Shown here in pieces: positions 24,583-36,239 of a stretch of DNA of 56,517 nt; within the stretch, counting starts at the first letter, position 1; every line of letters begins with the position of its first letter. Below the pieces are notes generated by a model. That model searched no databases and was not told where the DNA came from. It saw nothing but the letters and a program-made list of their open reading frames with translations. Both the position numbers and the translations under genes were made by a program. Location: positions 1-56,517 of the forward strand of contig JAUGWO010000047.1 of the NCBI GenBank assembly GCA_049724395.1, read 5' to 3'. This DNA comes from Spongospora subterranea f. sp. subterranea (taxonomy: Eukaryota).

Positions 24583-25450
24583 GGTTATAGACCCAGCCCG
24601 TTATGGCAGGCACCGAGGCCTTCACGCTGACTCCGTTCGTCCACTTCATCCACTCAATGCAATTATTGAAACAAGAAGTTCTATTGGGAGCCGAACGACT
24701 AGAAGCGTATGGCATTCTAATTGGTGAAGAATCGTATCCAAGGGCGAACACAGGAAGTCCAGTAGCAGAGCTGCCGTCATTACTACGGTAGCTCTCAACA
24801 AATCCTCAAATTCAACCAAGCAATCAACAAGTCACTTCTTGAACTGTCTCAAAATCTCAAAAAACGAAACCTTAGTTAAGGCAACCTTTGACTCAAGATC
24901 GCTTTTAAACTGGTTCATCTTGAACATCCAAAGACAAACGGTCACTCGCGACGAACCAGCCCACACACCAGACAGCATCAAAGACAACAACGTGAGAAGC
25001 TGGCGACTCATGAACTGCCAGGATTTTCCGGCTCCGCTTTATCTTGTTGCAACATCTGACATCTTAACTGCCGAAGCAGATCTTGAAAGACTGATCATAA
25101 CCAATCCCGACGAAATTCACGTCGTTCTGGACTCTATCCAGATGGCCAAACGCACTCGCTGCATGCGGCGCTCCTATCAGCGATCAAACACTCTGTCTTA
25201 CAGTTTGAAAAATCTACCGCCATCTAGGCAAGTCTCCGGCCGCGACTACAATTTGTTTTAGACAACCAACCGATGATTGCCCTGACATAACGAGACCGTA
25301 TCGAAAAGATCCAAGCACATCGATGTGCGCTATCACTTCGCTAAGAATAAGGTTATCGAGGGGATTATTACTCCTCAGTACTGCCGTATTTCCAATATGA
25401 TCGCGCTGACAGCGTTTGCAAGACTGCGAGGCGCGTTCATGACATCGGGA
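24583..25450 (+). mobile_element. Internally deleted Copia (gag remnant fused to RNase H end)
   Basis: KRSKHIDVRYHF...YCRISNMIA near 25300-25400, following the LTR/PBS. Confidence 0.7.
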
Positions 25451-25549
25451 GCATTCTCCGGCTCATCGAGTCCGTTGCTTTGGACTGAGAGTGGCCAGGA
25501 ATGATTCAATACAAAGAGAAACTCGACTATTCTGTCCTTCGATCTCTTC

Positions 25550-26300
25550 TAACCTCTGATCTTAACCATTAATCACCGATGGCTGGTAGCTTTGATTTCA
25601 ACGATAATCCAACCCCACCTGTTTCTCAGACAGGATGTAATTCTTGAAAAGCGACATTGTTTCTGGTCAAGGCATATACCGGACTTATATGAAAAACGAT
25701 TTTCAATAAATGCACGGTAGAATTAGCGAATCCGAGGAACATTTGTAATTGTTAGCAGACTGAAGGGCCGGAAATTGGAAAATTGCAGCTATTCCTGTTG
25801 GGTCTATATGCAGGACATGCATGCATTATATCGATTATAAAACGTTGGAAAACAAGCACGTGCATTAGCCAGACAAATTTCATGACCAAATATTCGAACA
25901 GTTTGAATGAGTTTCGAAATGCAGTTTTCCACTCATCACCTTCTCGAAATACCAACAAGTTATGCGCGTTTCGAAGGTCGATTTAAAAAATATTCTGCCC
26001 GACATAACGCTAGTCAGAATACTGCTGATCAAAGGAAGGGGATACCGGTTCTTGTTGCTAAGGAATCGTTTCGGCGGTAATCCACACATACACTTAAAGA
26101 TAGTCGAGCTGCAAGACGATACAGATGGGCGAATAAATTCGCGGAGAGCGGCGCTTTCTGGCAGGGAATTTGATAAATGGGCCCAATACGAGGTCTCGAC
26201 TCAAGTTGAAATGCCCGGACCAACAGGGTTTGAGAGAGCAGGGTTCTAGGCTGTAGTTGGGTTCTACAGGGTTTTAACATCGGGGTTTCGTAGTATGAAA
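25550..26300 (-). mobile_element. Gypsy RT fragment
   Basis: KNRYPLPLISSIL, REGDEWKTAFR...LFEYLVM. Confidence 0.85.
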
Positions 26301-28024
26301 GGTGGATTCAGGAAAGGGGCAAGTCAAACTGCTGATCGTCCTTGACTACCCGAGTTATGGTTCATGCAGAGGCGGAGACGTTGTGTCCAAGCTGCACAAA
26401 TCTCGCCATGTGCCTGCACGTCGACCGATGCGAGATTCGCCGTAAAGGCATGATAAGATTCGCGATTTTCTCATCAAGGCGTGCTGCACCAAGGCCTCTA
26501 CCGTTAAAGCTGAAGCTCATGCAGACCGCGACCGCTATTAAACGAACCCAGAACTCCTCGCCGATCTTCGTGATCGCGGACCCGCAGCTCCGAATGGCAA
26601 CATCCACCTGACTTATATTGAGACCATGACCGTCCATATTCAAGCGCTACTGTCTCGTGCTCGCCCAGTGCCCTATGCAAAGCCGACTTCGGTCACCAAG
26701 GCCGCGATTCGCGCCTGCTTGACGCCAGGGAAATTGCGAAAAACAGGAAATACGCGCAAGCTTTTTTGGCCTCGTTCACACTTGTAGTCTTTACTACAGG
26801 AGGGATTCCACTTTCTTCAGTCGAAGCGGTGGCTGAAGCGTCTTGACGTAGTAGGCGCTCTCTCGAACAACGTCTTCTAGATTTGAGCCTCTTACTCTTT
26901 GACACAGTAAACTCAATAAACAATTGAATACGTCCAGATGTGGGTTTTGTTGTGACTAGAATGCCCTCAAAGGTTGCTGATGCATAACTGATAGAACATA
27001 GACTAATCAGTTCGAGTTAAAGCTGGAATCTCGATTCGAATGCATGCTTGTCTTTTTGTAATGAGGGCTCCTGTTCCTTGAAGCCAAAGGCGTTGAACAA
27101 CCGAGAGAGTATAAGCACCAGGAGGTCAAATGATGGTTGAATTAACTTGAAGATCATACCGTCTGGTCATGTACAAACGATATTTCCCAGACTATGGCAA
27201 ATGTTTGGTCATATGAGTAAGGAAAGAGGGTTTCAATCGAGTCCAAGCCAGTATGGTTAATGTTATTAAACGTGACAACAGTCAAGATCAATGGGATACC
27301 AAGCCGTTGGTGGAGTCTTTGGTGTAAAATCCATTTCTACATAAAGTAATCGCTGATGATAAAGGTCCGCGATTGGTTCCGATTGACGACGAAATGAGAA
27401 GTGACAAAAGACACGATTGCGATTAAATTTTGCGATAGCTTGAATTGTTTCAATCTAATCCATTACGACCAGAACACACCAAAGGGTAGCGGATGGATGG
27501 CTGATGACGATACTGTACAAGCGTCATTGATTTTCTATCGGAGCGCAACGGTGTGTAATCATCCAATACATGGATTCGCTGTTTCTGGCACAATCAATGA
27601 TCGCCTTATCCTGTCGGCAAGCCCCGAATCAGCCAGAGAGCCCCTTCTTGTCTGTATGTACCAGCAAATCCGCATTGGTTGAATTGTTTGAATCTTGACT
27701 GACCAACAGCGATTGAGGTCTCCGCGCGAACTGCACACAGCGTGAAGAAAAGAAAAACATGAAACCGATTGAAGTCAAAATAACAATGATCAACCCAGCA
27801 TGTGAGGACAGAACTGGAGCTTTAGTGTGGAGAACAACGATGTTCTTCGCAACAAACAAAATGGGGACCCAGAATCTTGAAAAAACCAAGTGGATCGATA
27901 TATATTACGTTGCGATCAATTCCATTATGTCGTTGCAGAAGATACGCGTACGCTCTTAGTCCGATCATCATCAATCTATTTTAGAACAGAACCTTTTGAT
28001 CGTCGCCAGTCCATATATCAATCA

Positions 28025-28884
28025 ATGGCAAGCCCGATATTGAATGAGCTAATAGCACTTGTAGTTGCCATCTGTTTCGGTTTGGCCCTTTTTATCTACG
28101 TACTTTTTCAGCAGAAAAAACTAACTCGTCATTGGATTATGCTTCACGGTCTGGCGGTGATTACCAATTTGGTGGCAATTCTGTCCACGATTGCAAATAT
28201 GTTCGTCCTGGGCCGTACTGAGAGTGAATGCCTTCTTCTTCATCGAATCGGGGGCACAGCGTTTTCTGCTGTTCAGGGAATGATGCGGATATACTTTTCA
28301 GGGCGAGTCACAATGCTGAATAAGATGGAGTCGAAAATCAGCCAAGGAATCGATAATTTCTTCTTGTTTCTCTCCTGCCTCCTAGTGCCGTTCGGCGCTA
28401 TCTACATGAACATAATGATGACCACTATGGTAATCCCCTTCATCGAGCTTTGTGTTTATATTCCTACGATATTCTGCAATATTTAACAACTGTATCCCGG
28501 TTAATTATCGACATTAGCATCAACGTCCGTTTCTTCAAGTATGTTATGACCAGACATCGCAATACCGACACCGCCAAAACCACCACTTCCCCAGGTTTTC
28601 GTGACACAAAACCCAAAACAACTGCTTCACAGAACACTTCTGGTCACAACCGATTGATGAACATCACAATTGCATTTTTCCTAATTCAGACAATATTCGA
28701 AATATTCACCACCTTGATGGTGAAAGGGTTGACTCCGATAACTGTCGACCAATATGTGCCTGTGTATGCATATGAAATGGCTTGCAATGCGGCATCGACC
28801 GTTTGGCCCTTGATTTTGGTGCATTTTTTGAAGAAAAGGACAACGCTCAGCTCTCTGCGCGTTCTAATCGCACGTAAAAGATAA
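28025..28884 (+). pseudogene. 7TM GPCR-like receptor, copy 2 (1-nt deletion near 28466)
   Basis: Paralog of copies 1, 3 and 4, split into ORFs 27890-28486 and 28450-28884 at ATTCCTA^CGATATT. Confidence 0.8.
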
Positions 28885-29184
28885 ACTCAAATCGGTTTCT
28901 ACTCCATATTTTGTCATGAAAATGTGGGGCAATCGAAAAATTGTTGAAACGGAAGTTTACCAAGTTCGAACCTGGTAGCACAGCAATTGTTCGGTTCATC
29001 ATATTTGTTGGTTCTCCACAAAACCAATGAAATTTTTGCTGAGTCGGCATTGAGACGGCGTTGTAAAGTAATAGGGTTGACCACAGCAACAATATCGAAT
29101 AGTGTAATTTATATGTAAAGAGATGATCGACACGGAATTGTGCCCACATACGCAACGTCAATGACCACAGCAAAACTATCGGAT

Positions 29185-29290
29185 ACTGATTACACTCTCT
29201 GAACTGATTACACTTTCTGAACTGATCTGATTACTCTCTGAACTGATTACTCTCTCTGAACTGATGACACTCCCTGAACTAATTATTCTG
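29185..29290. repeat. 18-bp minisatellite (ACTGATTACACTCTCTGA), ~5-6 imperfect copies; also at 23070-23100 and 31428-31495
   Basis: Read directly; copy number differs between the GPCR repeat units. Confidence 0.85.
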
Positions 29291-30126
29291 AGATGATCGA
29301 GCCGGCATTATAACCAACCCCGCACCGTCAATGGCCACCTTATCGGATACGAAAATGATCGAGAGCCATTGTAGCCTCATACTCATTAACACTATATTTG
29401 ATTGCTTCTGCGGTCTCAAATAATAGTTCCTGCAGTTGTTTACATGGTCACCTCGCATCATGATCGACACTGTCTCATTTTTTATTGTTCTTGTTTTGGA
29501 ATGTTGTTTTTCGTGGTGCGATGTTTCACCGCTTGTGCTATCGCTTCTGCTGGTGTCAATAACCGATCTTGGTTTCGTAAAGTCCCTTGAAATAGAATTT
29601 AGTAAGTTTTCGATTCATCAAAAAGGGGAGAAACAGTATTGGTCTGATCCATTGCGTAGTCATTGGGCAACAACCTCACTACAACAATATCAAAATCAAT
29701 ATCTTTTTCTGGCACAATCAACCATCGCCTTATCTTGTCGGCAAGCCCCGATTCAGCCTGAGAGTCCCTTCTTGTCTGTATATAACTGCAATTCCACATT
29801 GGTTGATTGATTGAATTGTGGATGACCAACTGCCACGAACTGCAAACAGCGTGTGAAGAGAAGAACATGAAACCGATTGTAAGTCAAAGAACACATGATC
29901 AACCAACACGTCAAGACAGAACTGGAGCTTTAGTGTGGGGAACAACAATGTTCTCCGCAACAAACAAAATGGGGACCCAGATTCATCAAAAAATCAAGTG
30001 GATCGATATTATGTTGCGACCACTGTATCATGTCGATACAGAAGATTCGCGTACGCTCTTAGTCCGTCAATAATCAATCTATTTTACAACAGAATCTTTT
30101 GACCGTCGCCACTCTATATCTCATCA

Positions 30127-30984
30127 ATGGCAAGCCCGATATTGAATGTGCTAATAGCACTTGTAGTCGCCATCTGTTTCGGTTTGGTCCTTTTTATCTA
30201 CGTACTTTTTCAGCAGAAAAAACTAACTCGTCACTGGATTATGCTTCACGGTCTGGCGGTGATTACCAATTTGGTGGCAATTCTGTCCACGATTGCAAAT
30301 ATGTTCGTCCTGGGCCGAACTGAGAGTGAATGCGATATTCTTCATCGAATCGGTGGCACAGCGTTTTTTGCTGTTCAGGGAATGATGCGGATATACTTTT
30401 CAGGACGAGTCACGATGCTGAATCAGATGGAGTCGAAATGCAGCCAAGGAATCGACTATTTCGTCTTGTTTCTCTCCTGCCTCCTGGTGCCGCTCGGCGC
30501 TATCTACATGAACATAGTGATGGCCACTATGGTAATCCCCTTCATCGAGCTTTGTGTTTATATTCCTGACCACATTCTGCAATATGTATCAACTGTATGC
30601 CGGTTAATTATCGACATTAGCATCAACTTCCGTTTCTTCAAGTATGTTATGACCAGACATCGCAATACCGACACCGTCCAAACCACCACTTCCCCAGGTC
30701 GTGACACAAAACCCAAAACAACTGCTTCACAGAACACTTCTGGTCATAACCGATTGATGAACATCACAATTGCATTTTTCCTAATCCAGACAATATTCGA
30801 AATATTCACCACCTTGATGGTGAAAGAAATGACGCCGATAACTGTCGACCATTATGTGGTTGTGTATGCATATGAAATGGCTTGCAATGCGGCATCGACC
30901 ATTTGGCCCATGATTTTGGTGCATTTTTTGAAGAAAACGACAACGCTCAGCTCTCTGCGCGTTCCAATCGTACGTAATATATAA
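30127..30984 (+). CDS. 7TM GPCR-like receptor, copy 3 (285 aa)
   Basis: Intact paralog with the same 7TM and Cys pattern. Confidence 0.8.
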   Translation: MASPILNVLIALVVAICFGLVLFIYVLFQQKKLTRHWIMLHGLAVITNLVAILSTIANMFVLGRTESECDILHRIGGTAFFAVQGMMRIYFSGRVTMLNQMESKCSQGIDYFVLFLSCLLVPLGAIYMNIVMATMVIPFIELCVYIPDHILQYVSTVCRLIIDISINFRFFKYVMTRHRNTDTVQTTTSPGRDTKPKTTASQNTSGHNRLMNITIAFFLIQTIFEIFTTLMVKEMTPITVDHYVVVYAYEMACNAASTIWPMILVHFLKKTTTLSSLRVPIVRNI

Positions 30985-31777
30985 TCTCAAATCGTTTCCT
31001 ACTCTACATTGTGGGACAATCGAAAAATTGTTGTTACAACGGAATTTCAAGTTTTGAACCTGGTAGCACAGCAATTGTTCGGGTTCATCACGATTGTTGG
31101 CTCTTCCACAAAACGAATGGGATGTTGGCTAATTCGGCATCAAACCGGCGTTCGTAAAGTAATACGCAACGTGAATGACCACAGCAATACTATCGGATAC
31201 TCCTACAATATGTGACGAGATTGTCGAGAGGGAAGTGCAACCTAATACGCAACGTCAATGACCACTGCAAAAATATCGGATACAATTTCCTCTCTAAACT
31301 GTTGCGACCAGACCGGATATGTTGATCGCAAACGGGGACGATAGCCAGAGAACTGTGCAATATGTAAAGAGATTATCGAGAGGGAATTGTACCCAACTAC
31401 GCAAATTCAATGACAATAATATCGGATACTGATTACACTGTCTGAACTGATTACACTCTTTGAACTGATTACACTCTCTGATGAACTGATTACACGCAGT
31501 GTTGAAGAGAAGAACATGAAACCAATTGTAAGTCAAAGAAAACATGATCAACCCAGCACGTCAGGACAGAACTGGAGCTTTAGTGTGGGGAACAACAATG
31601 TTCTCCACAACAAACAAAATGGGGACCGAGAATAATCAACAGATCATGTGGATCAGTATTGTGTTGCGAATAATTCCATTATGTCGATGCAGAAGATACG
31701 CGTACGCTCTTAGTCCGTTAAATATCAATCTATTGTGGAGCAGGACCTTTCGATCGTCGCCAGTTTATATCTCATCA

Positions 31778-32635
31778 ATGGCGAGCCCGATATTGAATGA
31801 GCTGATAGCAATTGTAGTCGCCATCTGTTTCGGTTTGGTCCTTTTCATCTACGTACTTTTTCAGCAGAAAAAACTAACTCGTCAATGGATTATGCTTCAC
31901 GGTCTGGCGGTGATTACCAATTTGGTGGCACTTGTGTGCACGATTTCAAATATGTTCGTCCTGGGCCGAACTGAGAGTGAATGCGTTATTCTTCATCGAA
32001 TCGGGGGCACAGCGTTTTTTGCTGCTCAGGGAATGATGCGGATATACTTTTCAGGGCGAGTCACAATGCTGAATAAGATGGAGTCGAAATGCAGCCAAGG
32101 AATCGACTATTTCGTCTTGTTTCTCTCCTGCCTCCTAGTGCCGTTCGGCGCTATCTACATTAACATAGTGATGAACACTATGGTAATCCCCTTCATCGAG
32201 CTTTGTGTTTATATTCCTAACGACATTCTGCCATTTATAACAACTGTATGCCGGTTAATTATCGACATTAGCATCAACGTCCGTTTCTTCAAGTATGTTA
32301 TGACCAGACATAACAATACCGGCACCGCCAAAACCACCACTTCCCCAGGTTTTCGTGAAACCAAACCCAAAACAACTGCTTCACAGAACACTTCTGGTCA
32401 CAACCGATTGATGAACATCACAATTGCATTTTTCCTAAGCCAGACAATATTCGAAATATTCACCACCTTCATGGTGAAAGGAATGACGCCGATAACTGTC
32501 GACCATTATGTGGCTGTGTATGCATATGAATTGGCTTGCAATGCGGCATCGACCGTTTGGCCCATGATTTTGGTGCATTTTTTGAAGAAAACGACAACGC
32601 TCAGCACTCTGCGCGTTCCAATCGCACGGGAGTAA
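31778..32635 (+). CDS. 7TM GPCR-like receptor, copy 4 (285 aa)
   Basis: Start set at MASPIL by homology with the other copies; the ORF-track extension from 31544 is not conserved. Confidence 0.8.
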   Translation: MASPILNELIAIVVAICFGLVLFIYVLFQQKKLTRQWIMLHGLAVITNLVALVCTISNMFVLGRTESECVILHRIGGTAFFAAQGMMRIYFSGRVTMLNKMESKCSQGIDYFVLFLSCLLVPFGAIYINIVMNTMVIPFIELCVYIPNDILPFITTVCRLIIDISINVRFFKYVMTRHNNTGTAKTTTSPGFRETKPKTTASQNTSGHNRLMNITIAFFLSQTIFEIFTTFMVKGMTPITVDHYVAVYAYELACNAASTVWPMILVHFLKKTTTLSTLRVPIARE

Positions 32636-33444
32636 TATATAACCTCAAATCGTTTCCTACTCTATATTTTGTCATGAAATTGTGGGACAATCGAAAAATT
32701 GTTTTTACAACGGAATTTCACGTTCTGAACCTGGTAGCACAGCCATTGTTCGGGTTCATCACGATTGTTGGTTCTTCCACAAAACAAATGGGATGTTGGC
32801 TAATTCGGCATCAAAACGGAGTTCGTAAAGTAATACGCAACGTGAATGACCACAGCAATACTATCTAATACTCCTACAATATGTGACGAGATTGTCGAGA
32901 GGGAAGTGCAACCTAATACGCAACGTCGATGACCACTGCAATAATATCGGATACAATTTCCTTTCTAAACTGTTGCGACCAGACTGGATATGTTGACGCA
33001 AACGCGGACGAGGGAGAACTGTGCAATGGCATGAACCGTTGTTGCAAAAGGATTGATCAAATTGTGATCAAGGAAACACAATCGGAGAATTCTCCCCAGA
33101 CTGAAGGTGATTTCTTAGACCAGATCGCCAACAGACGACCTCTAGGAGTTGTGAATCAACAGATAACAACAGATACCGATTTTCGACACTGAATTCAGAT
33201 TCCAGGAACGCATCTAGTTGGATGAGAGCGAAAGGTCGAAAATCATCGACAGCGTGTTGGTCGAATCCGCATCCACTATTTCAACTTGGCGCAGCCACTA
33301 GTAAAGTAGCAGATACACTGACAGAAGGACGGTGCTTGTAGAATAAACATCAATCGAGCACAAGGAAAAGCAAAACGCAATTGTAAAACTTTGTAAAACG
33401 ATTCGCAGCTCCGCTACAGAGAGTTTGGGAGTAGATGTTGCGTA

Positions 33445-33783
33445 TTGGGTTCAACATAAGGTTTGTTTGAAGACTGCTAACTTGATTTGTACAAAGCGTA
33501 AGGAGCTACTGCTATTAAGGCGGATGATCTTTGGGTTCAACATAAGGTTTTGTTTGAAGACTGCTAACTTGATTTGTACAAAGCGTAAGGAGCTACTGCT
33601 ATTAAGGCGGATGATCTTTGGGTTCAACATAAGGTTTGTTTGAAGACTGCTAACTTAATTTGTACAAAGCGTAAGGAGCTACTGCTATTAAGGCGGATGA
33701 TCTTTGGGTTCAACATAAGGTTTGTTTGAAGACTGCTAACTTAATTTGTACAAAGCGTAAGGAGCTACTGCTATTAAGGCGGA
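33445..33783. repeat. Four near-identical 86-bp tandem units inside a Copia LTR (~33436-33857)
   Basis: Units start at 33445, 33531, 33618 and 33704; a single-copy homolog lies in the LTR at ~24370-24450. Confidence 0.92.
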
Positions 33784-33859
33784 ACGATCTGCATTGTCCT
33801 TTACTTGCCGTCGAGTCCTAAGTTATGAACGGTGATACTCCGTTCAATAAAGTTCCACT

Positions 33860-34680
33860 TGGGGCAGGCGGCACTTGCATTCATATCTGAGATGTTGAAG
33901 AATCACAGAACAATGGGCAAGATCATCACTTCTGCTGCGTCAACCGAATCGCATAAATCATCTGCTATTGCAAAACATGACCCGATTGAAATTCAAAACA
34001 CGCCCGGACTCGCAAAGCTGCAAGAAACTCGGCCGCGTCCTCGTGTGGACCATTGTGGTTCCAAGCAAGCAACAAGCATGCAAGACAATTATCACGCAAT
34101 GTCAGTAATTGACGAGTATCTGGGTTTGTTAGTGTATTCTACCTAACCACAAAGGATCAAGCCGTCGAAAGCCTCAAAGCCTGCTTCGCCATGGTATGAA
34201 AACTACACCGGAAATTTTGCTGCCGTGCTCTACGCCGATAATGATGGCGCATTGATGTCAATTCCACAGTTCCTCTCATCCCTATGCAAGCCGACCCGTA
34301 ATATTCCAACACAAAATGGGTTGGCTCACCGTATGCTCAGGACATTAGCGATCCGCTCACGAGCAATGCTTCATCATGCTGGACTTTCATACACATACTG
34401 GGAGTATGCAGTGAGCGCCGCCGCCGCCCACATTACAAACCGCCTACCAACTACAGCCCACGAAGGCCAACCAATCTCCTTATGAGAGATGGGCAGGAGG
34501 AACTAACACCCTGAAGACCCATCAAATTGTTCGGATGCCAAGCGTACGCTCACGTACCTGATTAGCACAGGAAGAAATTAGACCCAAAGGGGTCTGAGTT
34601 CATCTTTATAAGATATGCGACAAAATAAGAAGGGTGGATCGTAAAGGATGAATCGACTGGAAGAGTTATTCACTACTGTA
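33860..34680 (+). mobile_element. Copia integrase fragment
   Basis: QNGLAHRMLRTL...YWEYAV...TNRLPT; LFGCQAYAHVP...RKKLDPKG. Confidence 0.85.
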
Positions 34681-34839
34681 GTTAGGACCTGCGATGTGAG
34701 GAATCAATAATAACAAAACCATCCCTCGGATAACAAACATCAAACTGGGAGTATATGTTAGGGGATTAATGGAACAAGTGATGCTTTGGGTCCAGTTGTA
34801 CGGTACGCTTGTGTTGTTTATTGATGATATCTAATGTCA

Positions 34840-35890
34840 CATCAACCACAACGAGTACAGTTCATGACAGTATCCACACATACGCGTAAAGATAGTTTAT
34901 CCTTTTTTGGCACAAACATAACTGGCGAGCTGCAAGACGATAGAGATGATCGAATAAAGCCTGTGCGAAGATTCAAATCGATGTATTCGCGGAGAGCGGC
35001 GTTCTCTGGCAAGGAAAGTTGACAAATGGGCCCAATAGGAGGACTCGACCCAGGTTGAAAATCTATAACAGTCATAGCTGCGATGATGTGGTAGGCAGTC
35101 GGCCATTTTTTCATCGAAAACATCAGAAATTGCACATTGTCGCAGGTATGGTGACAATGGAAAATCCATGGTACGATCTTGATAATGAGACACCGGTGGG
35201 CGTTGGAAGGGTTTGCTTCTGTGATTGGCGTGGGAAATCCCATGCAGCGGGAAGTCCAATTAATAGAAGCATTTTGTTCTACTACCAACGAATATCCCAA
35301 AAATGACGGGAAAAGACAAGTTATCAACGAGTAAAACAGAAGTGCGACAATGATCTACACCGACTGGAAGGTGAAGGAACTCAGATTCGGGTGTGAGGAG
35401 GATACCATGTCTGGTGAAACTAGATACGGTAAGAGGCGGATGGATGCGTTGGAACACGACAATATATTTAGAAGAAAAAGCGGTATTCATCAAGTTTTAC
35501 CAAGCCCAGCTATCCATTAGAAGATGAGAGCTGCAAATGCGAGAACATGTCCTTGCGAGTAAATCAAATGGAAAGGTGGAAAGGTAGAGAAAGAAGAAAA
35601 AGGGGGATAGTTAGAATTAATTGCATTGTATTTGTCCTTTTGCGCCAAGCGGGACAGTGATCGATGGAATGAGAGCCACCACAATACTGAGACAACGCTC
35701 CTTCTCCTGTCTCTGACCGGTGGTATCAGAATCCACAGTCGTCATGACGGTTTGTCGGAAAGGTAGATAAGACTTAAACATGCGAAGGAGATGAGATTCA
35801 GAAACGCAAAGGTAGATGAATTTAGAGACGCAAAGGTATATGAGATTCAGAATTTCGAAGGTAGATGAGATTTAGAGATGCGAAGCTAGA
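34840..35890 (-). mobile_element. Gypsy gag-PR-RT start fragment, with ~24-bp imperfect repeats at 35788-35885
   Basis: PPIGPICQLSLPENAALREYID...SPVMFVPKKDKLSLRVCVD. Confidence 0.8.
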
Positions 35891-36239
35891 AAATATGATC
35901 AGGTGAAGCTAACGAAAATAGGCGGAACATTATAGATGATAATTTAGTGATGTGAAGAAAGAGAATGATTAGAAGTAGCAAGGTGGAAGTAAGATCGGCG
36001 GACGAAACAATTCTTTGTTCCGACCACCTGTCACTGGATTGGTGACCAAATGATGCTTGGGCAAATAGACGTTGTCCGAACTGAGTATTTGCCCAGTTCG
36101 GACGGTACGCATGAGTCGTGTATTGAAAGTATCTAATGAGACATGAACCATATCGAGTACAAGTCATGGGGCAGACTCGACCATCATCAACATGAACAGG
36201 AAGACGATTAAATCCGACGTCATCGATTAACAACACAGT

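Noticed and set aside
31544..31777. 78-aa N-terminal extension of GPCR copy 4
   Set aside because: The homologous upstream DNA is not open in the same frame in the other copies.
33445..33783. CRISPR-like array
   Set aside because: Contiguous near-identical units with no unique spacers, no cas genes, and homology to a Copia LTR.
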